A DNA stretch of 63,468 nt, the filler included, from Octopus bimaculoides (lineage: Eukaryota), in the NCBI RefSeq assembly GCF_001194135.2. It is 6 parts of 5 records of this genome, joined end to end, with 100 filler letters (N's around TTAATTAATTAA, not from the genome) between each part and the next. Parts side by side here need not be neighbours in the genome. Positions count along the whole stretch, not along the records: positions 10,748 to 19,680 come from NC_069006.1; positions 19,781 to 35,426 come from NC_068998.1; 4 more parts are not named here. One strand, 5' to 3'. Numbering within the stretch: the first letter of the stretch is position 1; every line of letters starts with the position of its first letter. The notes under the pieces are model-generated. The model did no database searches. It was not told where the DNA came from and worked only from the letters and a program-made list of their open reading frames with translations. Below are positions 14,902 to 26,787 of this stretch, one piece after another. The position numbers and the translations under genes are program-made.

Positions 14902-15340
14902 TTAGTAGACCTTCATCATTGGTTCGATATCTCTTAAATCCACCACTGGTGGCAACTCTTTAAATTTCACCTCCACTCCTGGTGGGTCAACGTTATCTCC
15001 ACACATCTCTTTCAATTCTCTGTAGTTTTCCTCTTCGATCAATATTGCCTTCATATCTTCCGCGTAGACGTATGAAGGCACCTTCACTCTTACTATTGAG
15101 TGTAACTTGATTATCTTCTTCTCTGTTTCAACATTTTTTGGGTACGTCACGTAATCCATACTCTTGCTCCTCCTCGTGTCTTTCTTTTCTCTTGGACTTT
15201 TCGTTCTCTCTTTTCTTCCTCCATAAATAGTCTCTCCATCTCACCTTCATGTAGTTGGGTTTCCCACACTTCCTCCACTGGTAACTCCACTTTCTTTTTC
15301 CCCCTAGTGCATGTTTGCACCTCCAAACTGTGACAAACAT
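14902..15340 (-). pseudogene. Frameshifted coding remnant, possibly L1/Tx1-type ORF1
   Basis: ERLFMEEEKRERKVQEKRK / MDYVTYPK...VEVKFKELPPVVDLRDIEPMMKVY; the end resembles an RRM-like ORF1 segment. Family assignment is weak. Confidence 0.35.
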
Positions 15341-15846
15341 GCACCCCCAACAATTTATATATATATATATATACAGACGCGCCCTGAATAGCTAGGTGGA
15401 GGAAGCGTCCTCCTGGGGTTAAAATAACAGTATCATTCGTTCTTAAAAAACATCCACGTTCAAGTGGCGATAAACATTGCTTGTATAGGATGAGCTTCCT
15501 CACAGTTTCTGTCTATCAAATTCTCTCAAAGTGTCGGGGTCTTTACTAGAAGACACTTCGCCAAGGTGAGGCGCAGTGGGACTGAAACCGTAACCAGGTG
15601 GTTGCAATGCGACCTTCTTAACCACAGAGCCATGCCTCAATAGCGTTTCAAGTCATTTCTCCCGAATAATGTGAAACCACACACATATATATATATATGT
15701 ATATATAAGTACGAAGACACACATATACATACAAACACAGCTATATACACATGCATATTTATACATACCTACGTCTTATGTATGTGTTTGCGTGTATGTT
15801 TGTGAATGTGTATAAATATATGTTTCTAAACAAATCTACATATACG

Positions 15847-15956
<110 letters not shown>

Positions 15957-16922
15957 GCATACAAGGAAAGATATGGATATATAAACACACATACGCCGTT
16001 TCCTTTGATATATTTTTTTTATTGTTAGCTATTTTCGGTTTGTTATATTCCTCAACGCATCCGTTCGCACTCACACACCCAGAGGGGGAGAGAGAGAGAG
16101 AGTAACTCATCCTCATAATCGCATTTACTCTCTGTCGCCCACTCTTTGTCAGTTCTTCTCTCCACATTTTATGTAAGATGCGAATGTAGTTGAATACTAC
16201 CATGGTATATTAACATGTAAGTATGTATCTATCTCTTTTATATGTATGTGTGTGTGCGCGCAGTTAGTCCTGAATAGAAGAAAATGTCTCGAAGACACCC
16301 AACATGGAATAACGATTCTTCTGTGAATGTTACCAATTTTAGCATTCATAGTTATTTCAATATTCGAAATTAAAAGCCATCTTTATGAATTGGCATATAT
16401 ATATATATATATATATATTTATACACATACACACACACATATACATACATACATACATACACACATATATAGCGGTGACATAACACATAGATTTCCCTAT
16501 GCGCTGCTTCCATTTATGCGTTTGTGTGCGCCGGTCTGTACGGACCTGAAAAATTCGCCGGACAAAGTGCTTAGCGGCATTTCTTCCGACTTTACGTCCT
16601 GAGTTCAAATTCTGCCGAGGTTAACTCTGCCTTCTATCCTTTCGGGGTCGATAAATTAAATACCAGGTGAACACTGGGATTGATGTAAGCGCCTATTCCC
16701 CTCCCCCGAAATTGCTCGATTTGTGCTGAAATTTCAAATCAATATATATNNNNNNNNNNNNNNNNNNNNNNNNNNNNNNNNNNNNNNNNNNNNNNNNNNN
16801 NNNNTAAAAGGGTAAAGGATTATCAATTTATTAATTTATTAATAATTAATAATTTTTACCAAGCCCTTCGGTATGAAAACACCATTATCGGTGAAGAACT
16901 TATTTAAAAGTTCTTATACATT

Positions 16923-17030
16923 TATAAACATAATTAAGGGGTCAGCAACAGTTGCTTCACCACATAACGAAGCTACTGAACTTCGTTATGTGGTGAAGCA
17001 AATGTTGCTGACCCCTTAATTATGTTTATA
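16923..17030. repeat. 108-bp palindrome: 50-bp arms (49/50 complementary), 8-nt loop
   Basis: TATAAACATAATTAAGGGGTCAGCAACAGTTGCTTCACCACATAACGAAG-ctactgaa-reverse complement. Confidence 0.9.
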
Positions 17031-17059
17031 TATATGTGTGTGTGTGTGCAGATTTGTAT

Positions 17060-17262
17060 GTTTTGCTTCATGTATGTCTTCTCATGCATATAGTTATATG
17101 TCTAGACATGCTCAGATATATTTAGATTATAAACTTCTGGATTTTTGCTGTTCCAGTGATGGATTGGATCTGTAGTCTTTGAATAAGCTTTCTCGTTTCT
17201 GGTTTTGAAAAGTCTAATTTCTCAAGATCGGTATTTAGTTAGTGTGTTACATATTCCAGATG
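17060..17262 (-). mobile_element. R4/Dong-like LINE 3' end fragment
   Basis: Minus strand reads LEKLDFSKPETRKLIQRLQIQSITGTAKIQK. Confidence 0.6.
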
Positions 17263-17712
17263 TATGTATGTATGTATGTGCGTATGTATGTGTATGTATC
17301 TGTGTATGTGTATATGCATGCATGTATGTATGTGGGGAAATTATAATGATCTTTGGTCAATAGTTGATGAAAGATGTGCGTTCAAACGTCTTTTTTGCAT
17401 GTGTTCCTTTGTCCTTCTGTGCAATGTCTTATTCTTCTATCTATCTATCTATCTGTCTGTCTGTCTGTGTGTTTGTCTGTCAATAAATAACGGTAGCAAG
17501 ATGAAATGTCGAATCACTGGCAACGTTGTCTTTGTGAAATTTAAACAAACTGGTTCTCTTCTGAAAGTATAGAGGAATCTTTTACTTTAATGTTAAAGCG
17601 TATTTACATATGAACTTAGCATAACACACACACAGACACGCGCATACGAAGAGACTGTATATATAGATACGACACACAAACACACACTCCAGCACCATTT
17701 ATTAGGTAAACT

Positions 17713-17975
17713 GTGTTCAACTTGCATCGCGTTTTCTCACCAGGTACGAAAAACATCAAAGAGTTTAACAAAGCGGTAAAACCAATCAGTGCATTTGGTA
17801 GTTCCTATGTAATATCCTGGAACAGAAAGCACTCGAGAAAAGATATAAAGATATATGTGTACCGAGAAGTCGTAATCGTCAACCTTTTATACGGATTCTT
17901 GTCGTACGTTTATTACCGTCGTTTACGATTACTCGAATACTTCCGGCAGCACTATCACGCCCGTCCCGACATCCA
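17713..17975 (+). mobile_element. RTE-BovB-like LINE fragment
   Basis: SAFG...WNRKHSRKDIKIYVYREVVIVNLLYG...RRLRLLEYF. Confidence 0.75.
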
Positions 17976-18136
17976 TTGATCTGACATTTTTTTAATATAC
18001 ACGGTTCTGAGTTCAGTCCCACTGCGTGGCAACCTGAGTTAGTGTCTTCTACAATTGCTTTGGTTCGACCAAAATCTTGTGAGTGGATTTGGTAGAGGGA
18101 AACTGAAAGAAGCTCGTCGTAATTATATATATATAA

Positions 18137-18385
18137 GAAGAGCGTAGGCTCGAAACGTTAAAGACTTTCTCTATTCCCGAGCGTTATACTAATACATCCA
18201 TTTGTTGTTTACACGACCTGTCTTTGTCTGTTGATTTTTCGTGAATTCTCCCATTTTTATATATATACATATATTTACGGGAAACAAATGACAAAGAGAA
18301 GGCAAGAGTAGGAACAACAAGCAGGTGTATTAGTTTAACGCTCGGGAATAGAGAAAGTCTTTAACGTTTCGAGCCTACGCTCTTC
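18137..18385. repeat. Inverted pair of Penelope pseudo-LTR-like segments
   Basis: GAAGAGCGTAGGCTCGAAACGTTAAAGACTTTCTCTATTCCCGAGCGTTA at 18137 and its exact reverse complement ending at 18385. Related copies at about 37700 and about 61970-62055 (minus). Confidence 0.8.
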
Positions 18386-19267
18386 GAGAGAAAAGATTGA
18401 GAGGAAGAAAAATGGAGAAAGGAGAAAAGAAAATGCAGCCAAAGAAAATCGATAGGGATTTACGGTCCAACATGTGTATGTGTCTATTTTTGTCTTTCAC
18501 CAACACTTGACAACCAGTGTTGGTGTGTTTACGTCCCGTAATAGAAGCGTTTCAACCAAAAAAACTGATAAAATAAACAGCACGTTCAAAGAGAAAATAA
18601 GCACCGGTGTCGATTCATCCGATTAAAAATTCTTCAAGGCGGTGCTGCAGCATGGCCGCAGCCTAGCGTCTGGAGCAATTAAAAACAAAAGATAAAATAC
18701 TTGTATCTCTCTATCTGTCTCTCTACATGATGTTATGTACATTCATATTCATAAATATGGAAATATATATATATATATATATATATATGTGGTTCTATCT
18801 ATCCTTCTATCTATCGATCTATCGATCTTCTGTTATCTCAATCGATATCTTGCCTTGATGACTTCCTCTTTATTTCCTAATTCTCTCATCCTCTCGCTTT
18901 TCCTCACTCTCTTCTATTCTTCACAATTTAACTCTTTCTCTCTATTATTCCCTTATTCCTTCATTCTCTCATTTCTTCATTCTCTCTTCGTCAAATATGA
19001 CAACGAGCCCACGGGAAAAGCAGAATGTGAAAAGACGTATTTCTATAAAACAGTCTTCTAAAGAATGACGAACGTTAAGCTTATACGAAATGGTAAGAAT
19101 TCCCCGCTGGAATCTTCGTAGAAACATTTTACCCATCAACACATACAGGTATCTTTAAACGTGCGTGTGCGTGCCTGTTTGTGTGTGTGTGTGTGTTTTG
19201 TATGCACGTATGCAACCGGGAGACCGAAAGTGAAATGTATATATAAATATGTATGTATGTATGTATG

Positions 19268-19306
<39 letters not shown>

Positions 19307-19410
19307 TATTCACATAATACAAATATATGTATACGCATATATGCATACATATGTATGTATATATATATATGTATATTTATATAAATATATATGTATACAT
19401 ATATGTATAC

Positions 19411-19445
<35 letters not shown>

Positions 19446-19780
19446 TAGATAGATAAATAGATATATACATATACACAACACACACATATTTATATATTTA
19501 AAGATATACACATATATGTATATATATGTATACGTATATGCATACACACACACACACACACACATATATATGTGTGTGTGTGTGTATGCGTGGGTTTCTA
19601 ATATTACAAAATATTCACACGCAAATGCGTATATATGCATACATATACACATATATGAAGCATGTGTGTATATGTCTATGNNNNNNNNNNNNNNNNNNNN
19701 NNNNNNNNNNNNNNNNNNNNNNNNTTAATTAATTAANNNNNNNNNNNNNNNNNNNNNNNNNNNNNNNNNNNNNNNNNNNN

Positions 19781-20134
19781 AGCTGGTCTTCTCTTGGAAG
19801 AGCCCTGCTTCTCACATGGACAACTGTATGTTGGCTGCTCAAAAGTGGGCAGCAACAAAAAAACCTATTTGTATATGCTCCACAAGGGAAAACAAGGAAC
19901 ATAGTTTACAATGAGGTGTTATAATCACAACAGCAAGAAAGTATGTACATGATCACCTTCTTTTACGAAACTTCATTGACTTTCATATATTTATATTGAT
20001 ATACATATATATACGTGTGTTTGGGTGCGTGTGTGTATATACATCTCTCTATATAAAGATGATGCGTAGTCTAGACGGCGTTTTTAGATTTCATTATTCT
20101 CTTTAACCAGGGCAACGCCGGGTATTTCTGCTAG
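19781..20134 (+). mobile_element. Helitron remnant: Pif1-like helicase C-terminus plus 3' terminus
   Basis: AGLLLEEPCFSHGQLYVGCSKVG...(frameshift) NLFVYAPQGKTRNIVYNEVL*. Hairpin CCAGGGCAACGCCGGG followed by CTAG at 20131-20134 and then T. Confidence 0.88.
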
Positions 20135-20139
20135 TACAC

Positions 20140-21111
20140 AATATTTTTGTTCGATGTATCAATTCCGTTTTGGCCTTCTGATCTATCTATCTATCTATGT
20201 CTTTCTTCTTCTTCTTCTTCTTCCCTCTCTCTCCACACACACACATCGCTGAAGTCCTCCAGCAGTTTGCTTTTTACCGTCTCGGTCGACCGATTAAGAC
20301 ACAAGAAGGCCTCGATCCGTGTTGAATAGGCATCTACAATAATGAATATGTTGCCGATATTTCGAACATATGCCCAGTCCATATGCACACGAACCCAGGG
20401 CCCAGAAATAGGCCATGAATCATTTGCCTATACTAAGTTTGGCCTAACTCTCTGGCAACTATCGCAAGATTTGACAAACTTCTCCATCGAGTAAGCCAAC
20501 CCAAGCTACAAAACACAGAGTCGTGCCTTCTTAATTGTTTGTTGAATACCCATGTGTGTGTCGTGTATTTTAGATAATACTGCGGCTCTATAAGGCGCTG
20601 GAATAAACGGACGATTTTTATGATATATTAAGCCATTTTCGTATGTTAGAAAATCCTTATCTTTAACAAATGCACGTTCCAGATTCGAGACCGACCTCCA
20701 ATTTTGCTGTAAAATTCTTTCTTTTATTTTGTTATATAATGCGTTTGCACTTAGTTATTTTCGGATGTCTTCCATCATTACGGGATCGATGTCCTGCCAC
20801 GCGCTATCGCATTTGTCTAAATGCGAAGCAAAGAAAATTATATCACCACTGTTATTCTCATTATACCTCAATCGAGAGAGAGCGTCGACGTGCGGAATAC
20901 TTTTACCCAAAACATGCTTAACAACGAAACCGTACTGTGATAGGATCAAACTCCACCTGGCTATTTTTCGTGAGGCACGCTGAGGTACATCTAAATCCTT
21001 CTCGAACAGGGGTTTTAAAGGCTGGTGATCAGTTTCCAAATGAAACTGCTTTCCTAGAAGGAAATGTCGCAGTCTATCCACGCACCATACCACTGCATAA
21101 GCCTCTCTCTC

Positions 21112-21190
<79 letters not shown>

Positions 21191-22920
21191 GCTCGACCAG
21201 TTTCGTTGTGCCTGGCTAAAGGTGTGGTTTATGAATTCTACTGGGATAACACCCCAGCTACTGCAATCAAGGATACATCTACAGTGAGAGTGCTCATTTT
21301 CTCCATCGAGTACGGTTGCAAGATGGAGCCTCCGAAAGATGAGTGATAAGCATACGGAAAGCCTTATCTTGCTCTTTACCCCATTTAAATTCTGTTGATC
21401 TAGCTGTTAAGAACGGTTCGACTTTTTTCAGCACACGCCGGGACAAATCTTTTGTAGTAATTCGTCAGACCCAATATTCTGTCAATATCTTCCTTCGATT
21501 TTCGTACTTGTATGTCCTTTTAGTTTTGCTACCAATATCTCACTTGAGATATTTTCATTTCCAGAAAAGTCAATTTTTTTTTTTCTGGAGAATGACTTTT
21601 CTTTGTTAATAGAGAACTGCGCCTTTGTTAGCCTTACAACTATTGCACTTTCTCTGCTCGTCAATTTTGCTTCGCTACTAGCATAGATGAGGATATCATC
21701 TTGGTGTACCCTGACTCTTTAGATCCCTTTTAATAGAGCTTCCATGCAGCTCTGAAATATGCCACTCGAATTCTTAAGTTCCATTTGAAATCTGTTAACC
21801 AGGTAGAAACCATTGGTTGTATTAATAGCACAGATACGCTTTGCTTCTTCTGCTAAAGGTATTTGTCAATACGCATGCTTTAAATCGAGAATGGAGAAAA
21901 ATTTCGCACCTGACATACCAGGGAAAATGGTGTCGATTGATAGTATAGGAAAAGAATAAGTGTCAATATGTGCATTTAAATGAGCCTTGTAATCGACACA
22001 CATGCGAAGAGATCCATCTTTTTTTCTGAGCCATGCCACAGGTGAGGCACATCTGACTCCAGAGTAATCCGACGGTGTGATGATGCCCATCATTTCCAAC
22101 TTCTTTCATTCATCTTTAACTTTTTTTTTTCCAAATGTACTGGAATGCGTCTCGCCGAACTCATCACGCTATATCTCGCATCAGAGCACAAAACATTAAC
22201 CTCTGGGAACACATCCATGTTCAAATTGAAACATAACGAACTGTCTTTAATGATATCTTTTCCAACCAGCCCAAAAGAGTATGGGCTGTCTTCCACATAA
22301 ATTTTCGTGACTCGTCGGGATTATTGAGATTAAATGTCATTCAGATTGATCCAACAACCTTTAGACCTGAACCATCAAAAGTGGTTAATCTGTCGTGGCA
22401 TGATTCGATTGGGATACCTAACTGTGAAGCAAATGATAACGGGACTATCGAACAAGCTGCCCTAGTATCCACTTTCATGTCTATGCTTTTGTTATTTATG
22501 AAATACTTGCAAAAACCCGTGTAATCTGCACTCTCATTGTTGTTTACGTTTAGCAACAAACTGTCGACAGATCCAGTCTTGCTCGGAGATACATTTATGT
22601 TGTCCACATGGCGATCGTTTCTAGATCGGCAAAATCTTGCAAAACGCCCAATTTGTCACACTTATTACAATTTTGCCCATATGCTGGACATGCACGAGCT
22701 TTGTGTGTACACCCACAATTTCGACTATTCACTACAATGTCATGACTGCTACTGGGGGTATTCTTGTTGACATTAAAGTTTGTTATTGTTTGTCAACTGC
22801 CCGCAAACAGCTTTCCGATTCTATAGTGGATGCGAGAGCAGCTATTTCAGAGTATTTCATTTTAGAATGACACCGTAACTGATCCAAAATTTCTAACTTT
22901 ACCTCTGCCGACGATAATCT
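20140..22920 (-). mobile_element. Degenerate Ty3/Gypsy LTR retrotransposon internal region (gag-PR-RT-RNaseH-INT)
   Basis: Gag zinc-knuckle remnant near 22640-22680, protease MKVDTRAACSIV, RT PVAWLRKKDGSLRMCVDYK, FFSILDLKHAY and HQDDILIY, RNase H FHLETDHQPLKPLF, integrase MHMDWAY...IIVDAYS. Domain order is Gypsy-type; many stops and frameshifts. Confidence 0.92.
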
Positions 22921-22935
22921 TTCGATGAAAAGAAG

Positions 22936-23080
22936 ATGCAGCACAGAATTTTGTCAATGAACAGGTCGCGGTCTCAAAGCGACGAAAATATTTTGACAAA
23001 TTAAATTTAAATGTTGAAGTGAATCTGACGGTCTTTGTGTGTTATTTTAAATGGCTTATAAACACCTTCCACGTTGCAAT
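22936..23080 (+). mobile_element. Left-truncated copy of the 41001 element, flanked by 10-bp direct repeats
   Basis: TGAAAAGAAG at 22926-22935 and 23081-23090. Confidence 0.75.
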
Positions 23081-24119
23081 TGAAAAGAAGAAAATTTGAG
23101 GAAAAAGAGGAAGAAAGAAAAAAGCTGGTTATATGCGTAATTATTATCTCTGGTGGTAATAAAAAGCAATACAGCAGTAATAATAATAAAAAATGGTCTT
23201 CTTGGCTAACATTCTACTAAATTAGAAAATTTCTAGATCAACAATTTCTCACATTTATAGGAAACATCATGAAATCAAAACAAACAATTTCACTAATAAG
23301 GCTTGTGACTATGGCAAGAGACACTAACCTCAAATGTCATGCAGAGACTTCGGGAATTGCAAAACGACCTTTTTAACTATTCGATCATGCTGATACATAA
23401 GAAATCAAGACCTATCATGAGCTTTAACTGATTTAACACAATGGATAGCCGTTTGTGTGAGTAGAGATACTACAGCAAACCAACACAAAACACGAACTAC
23501 TGTAAACTGTATGAGATAACCGCTCAAGTTATTATAGCTCGGCCATTACTACAGAGACACTTTAGAAATAAAGTACTTGCTCACGACATCTCAACCGTGT
23601 ATTCTATATCCATTTGAGCAGCAGCGACCCTACGTCACAATATTACTTGAGCCATGAACTGGGAACATTTTGCTCTGTCTTCACATTTCTCTCCTGAATA
23701 AAATCCGAATTTAACCCATACAACATTTCGGAATTTCCGATTATTACGTTTTAGCCATTAATTAATTTATTTTATTCCATTTTATTTCACTTAATTTCAC
23801 TCTTAATTGAACATAAGAACATGGAGATGTGAGAGAGCAGAAAAATAACCTACAAACTCATCGACAATGCAAGGTTTATTTCCCTTTAATTGTCTACCAT
23901 TATCTTCATTTTGCCATTACAACTTATATAAGAATGATTTCTCTTCTTCCATATTAACCATGATATCAAATCGAAACTTGTAACATTACGTCAATGCGAT
24001 GTTTGTTCTGATCAAGCAGAAGGCCGTATCCCGTATAACGACGACGACCACCTATACATACATACATACATACATACATACATACATACATACATACATA
24101 CATACATGCATGCATGCAT

Positions 24120-24670
24120 GCCCTGGTGCAGTACCAGGCAGTGGCCCTCATGGCTTCTGATCTTAATTGATTGGAAGTGTTATCGTGTACATTGTTTTGT
24201 CTTGGTATAAAAGATGGGCTACTGCAAATATTCTGCTCAATACCATAGATTTGCTTGTCAGTTGTTTGACCTTAACCAGTTGACAATGTCCCTTAGTGGC
24301 TGACGATATGTGCATCTCTGATCATGAGCAGAAGTAGTGGGGGAGCATCATAGCCATGTGTTGAGAGGAATTCTTTGGGGTTTGGATAATTCACTTTTGG
24401 AAACATGGGTGTTTTGCTCAACATCCTTAAACAAATCTTATTCAGGGACCTTTTGAGCGGGATGGGCTACTCGACCTGAAGAAAATTCTAACTGGGCCCC
24501 ACCTGCGAGGTCATGTGCTGTTTATCTTGATATGAGATCACCATGTCACGCACATATGGTTGTGATGCATGCGCCTGGTGTACCCTTATCAGACGGGTAG
24601 TCATGATGGGTATAATGGGCTTCGTATATTTTACCCCAGTGTCACTTTGATGGCATGCACTGCTCTCTCA
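24120..24670. repeat. Dispersed repeat, possibly a LINE 3'UTR; inverted partial copy at about 46495-46770
   Basis: Shared blocks such as GTGTCACTTTGATGGCATGC and GCTGTTTATCTTGATATGAGATCAC. Confidence 0.7.
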
Positions 24671-25204
24671 TACATACATACATATACCTACCTACCTACA
24701 TAATGTTTTCAAATATGCTGACTTACACTGTGGAATTTTCATAGGTCCTGCTAGTTTTATATAAATTTGGTGCTAGTCCTATTTCACACATATAGCAATT
24801 TCACTTGGAGAACGTTTCGTTTTCCACTAAAACAAATCCATTATTTACACTTTCGCCCAACCCATGGCAGATAATGATACTCGGGGTCGATGAAATAATG
24901 CTGCAGTTTAGTACTGGGGTCGATGTAAACGACCAAGCCGCCTCCATTCAAATTAGCCTTGTGTCTAAATCAGAAATAATTAAGAGAGAGGGTGGCGAAC
25001 TGGCAGAATTGTTGGAGTATTTGTTCTGGTTCTCTACGTTCTGAGTTCAAATCCTGCTGGAGTCAAACTTCGCCTTTCATACCTCAGTGGGAGTCAATGA
25101 AATAGCGTTGCTGTCAAGTGGTGGGTTTAATGTAATCGAATGAATAGCTAACCTTGTACCTTAATCAGAAGCCAATAACGTCCAGTTCTTATTGTGATGT
25201 TGTG

Positions 25205-25600
25205 GTCCGTGTGCCTCAATGATCCCGAGGTCTATACCAGCGGAGAACAAGCTTCTTATAGGGACTCCTATGCTGGACAGGTCAAAGGATAAAGGCTAGT
25301 CTATTATGGACCACCTCTTCTAGGAGATAAAAATGGGCTTGAGTAGGGCCAACACCTCCTATTTACAATAAAGCAAAGTTATGGAAGCATCGATGACAAG
25401 GACTCAGGAGACCTTCCCTCAAGGTAACTCACAAAGGAGGTGGAAGAGGGAAAGCCCCCCCCCCCCCAAAAAAAAAATTGCTGGAGGCGGGATACTAAGG
25501 CAGAGCTGAAACAGTAGGGATCCACCGCGAAAGATGCAGAAAAGACAGCTCAGAGTCGATAACAGTGGAGGAAAGTCATCTTTGGCCTGTAAATGTTTGA
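25205..25600 (+). mobile_element. Bipartite non-autonomous RTE derivative, second copy
   Basis: Same 5' block (GATCCCGAGGTCTATACCAGCGG...GGGACTCCTATGCTGGACAGGTC) joined to RRWKRGK...WRRDTKAELK. Confidence 0.65.
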
Positions 25601-26479
25601 TAGTTGTAATAGACATTAGTCTCTCTCTATCACCTTTCAACAGCATTATATATTAAGGAACAGTAGAACAATTTAACAACATAATAAAAATAAGTTTTAT
25701 TTTTGATGATGCTAGGTTATTTAAACCCTGTCATTCAACTTAGCAGCCGCTGATTAAGTTGAAATCGGTATTGGAAGATTAAGAGCTTCCTTGATGCATG
25801 CCAGAGGAGCAAATAGCTATCATATCGATAGCATCGTAGTGAAGAGTGCTTCGATGAGGAGCAAGGTATTGTCACGTAGAAGGTCTCTCGCTCAACTGAT
25901 ATACAAAGTGAAACCAACTCTTTAAGTACGAGTTTTACTACGCATGCGCACTCGATTGGCTTCCGGTGGTGAAGTCTCTTGCTCATGCGCAGAATAGTAC
26001 TTCCTCAATGGCGGCTATAATATCGCGCCACTACAGGCCTATGCTCCAACTGGAATGAAGGGCTTAAATAAATAAGTAAGTAAGTAATTGATAGCGGTGG
26101 AGCAAAAGACTTCAGTAACATTCATTTGGATGGGGGCAGCGTTGGGGTGACTGGAACTTATTTTGAAAATTATTGGTCCTGGATGTCAGGATAGGAATCA
26201 GTGTTGTCTTCGTCCTGCAGTCAACACTGTCTGACTTGCCTTGCTGTGAACTTCACAGTACTAGCGTAACTAGAGGGGGCGGCACCACTTTTGGGTCTAC
26301 TGTAGGCAATATATATTTTTTGTCATTCAAATTAACTTTGCACATGGAATCCTCTATTTGTGGAGAATGACATCTAACCAGACGAGACAACAGACCGCCG
26401 AAAACAGGCTAAAATCCGGAATCCAAGGAGAAAGTCGACGGTTGGTCTTTGTCGGTTACAAGTCGTTAGGCTCCTACAA

Positions 26480-26720
26480 AAAATTTTCTAGCTTCCTCAC
26501 TCTCGTCAGGACAATTGAATTTATTTAAATTCTTCATGTCATTACAGTCACTGCTAAAGTAGTTTCACATCATGACAATGTTTTACATATTTCGGACATG
26601 TTTTTCCAATCTTTGAAAGCGTACCCCCTACTCACTCCTGCTAAAAACCCTGCCAACTACACTGGTATTCTTGTCGTTCTTTATCAAAGTCAATGATGAT
26701 CGAATAGATCCATGATGCAA
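26480..26720 (-). mobile_element. Possible hAT (TTF-type zinc finger) remnant
   Basis: Minus strand reads ERFASW and GYAFKDWKNMSEICK; heavily decayed. Confidence 0.3.
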
Positions 26721-26738
26721 AGCGTTCCAAATATATTT

Positions 26739-26787
<49 letters not shown>

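Noticed and set aside
15960-16203. Exon encoding IRILHKMWREELTKSGRQRVNAIMR
   Set aside because: No convincing acceptor, no recognisable homology, and it runs into GA and TA repeats.
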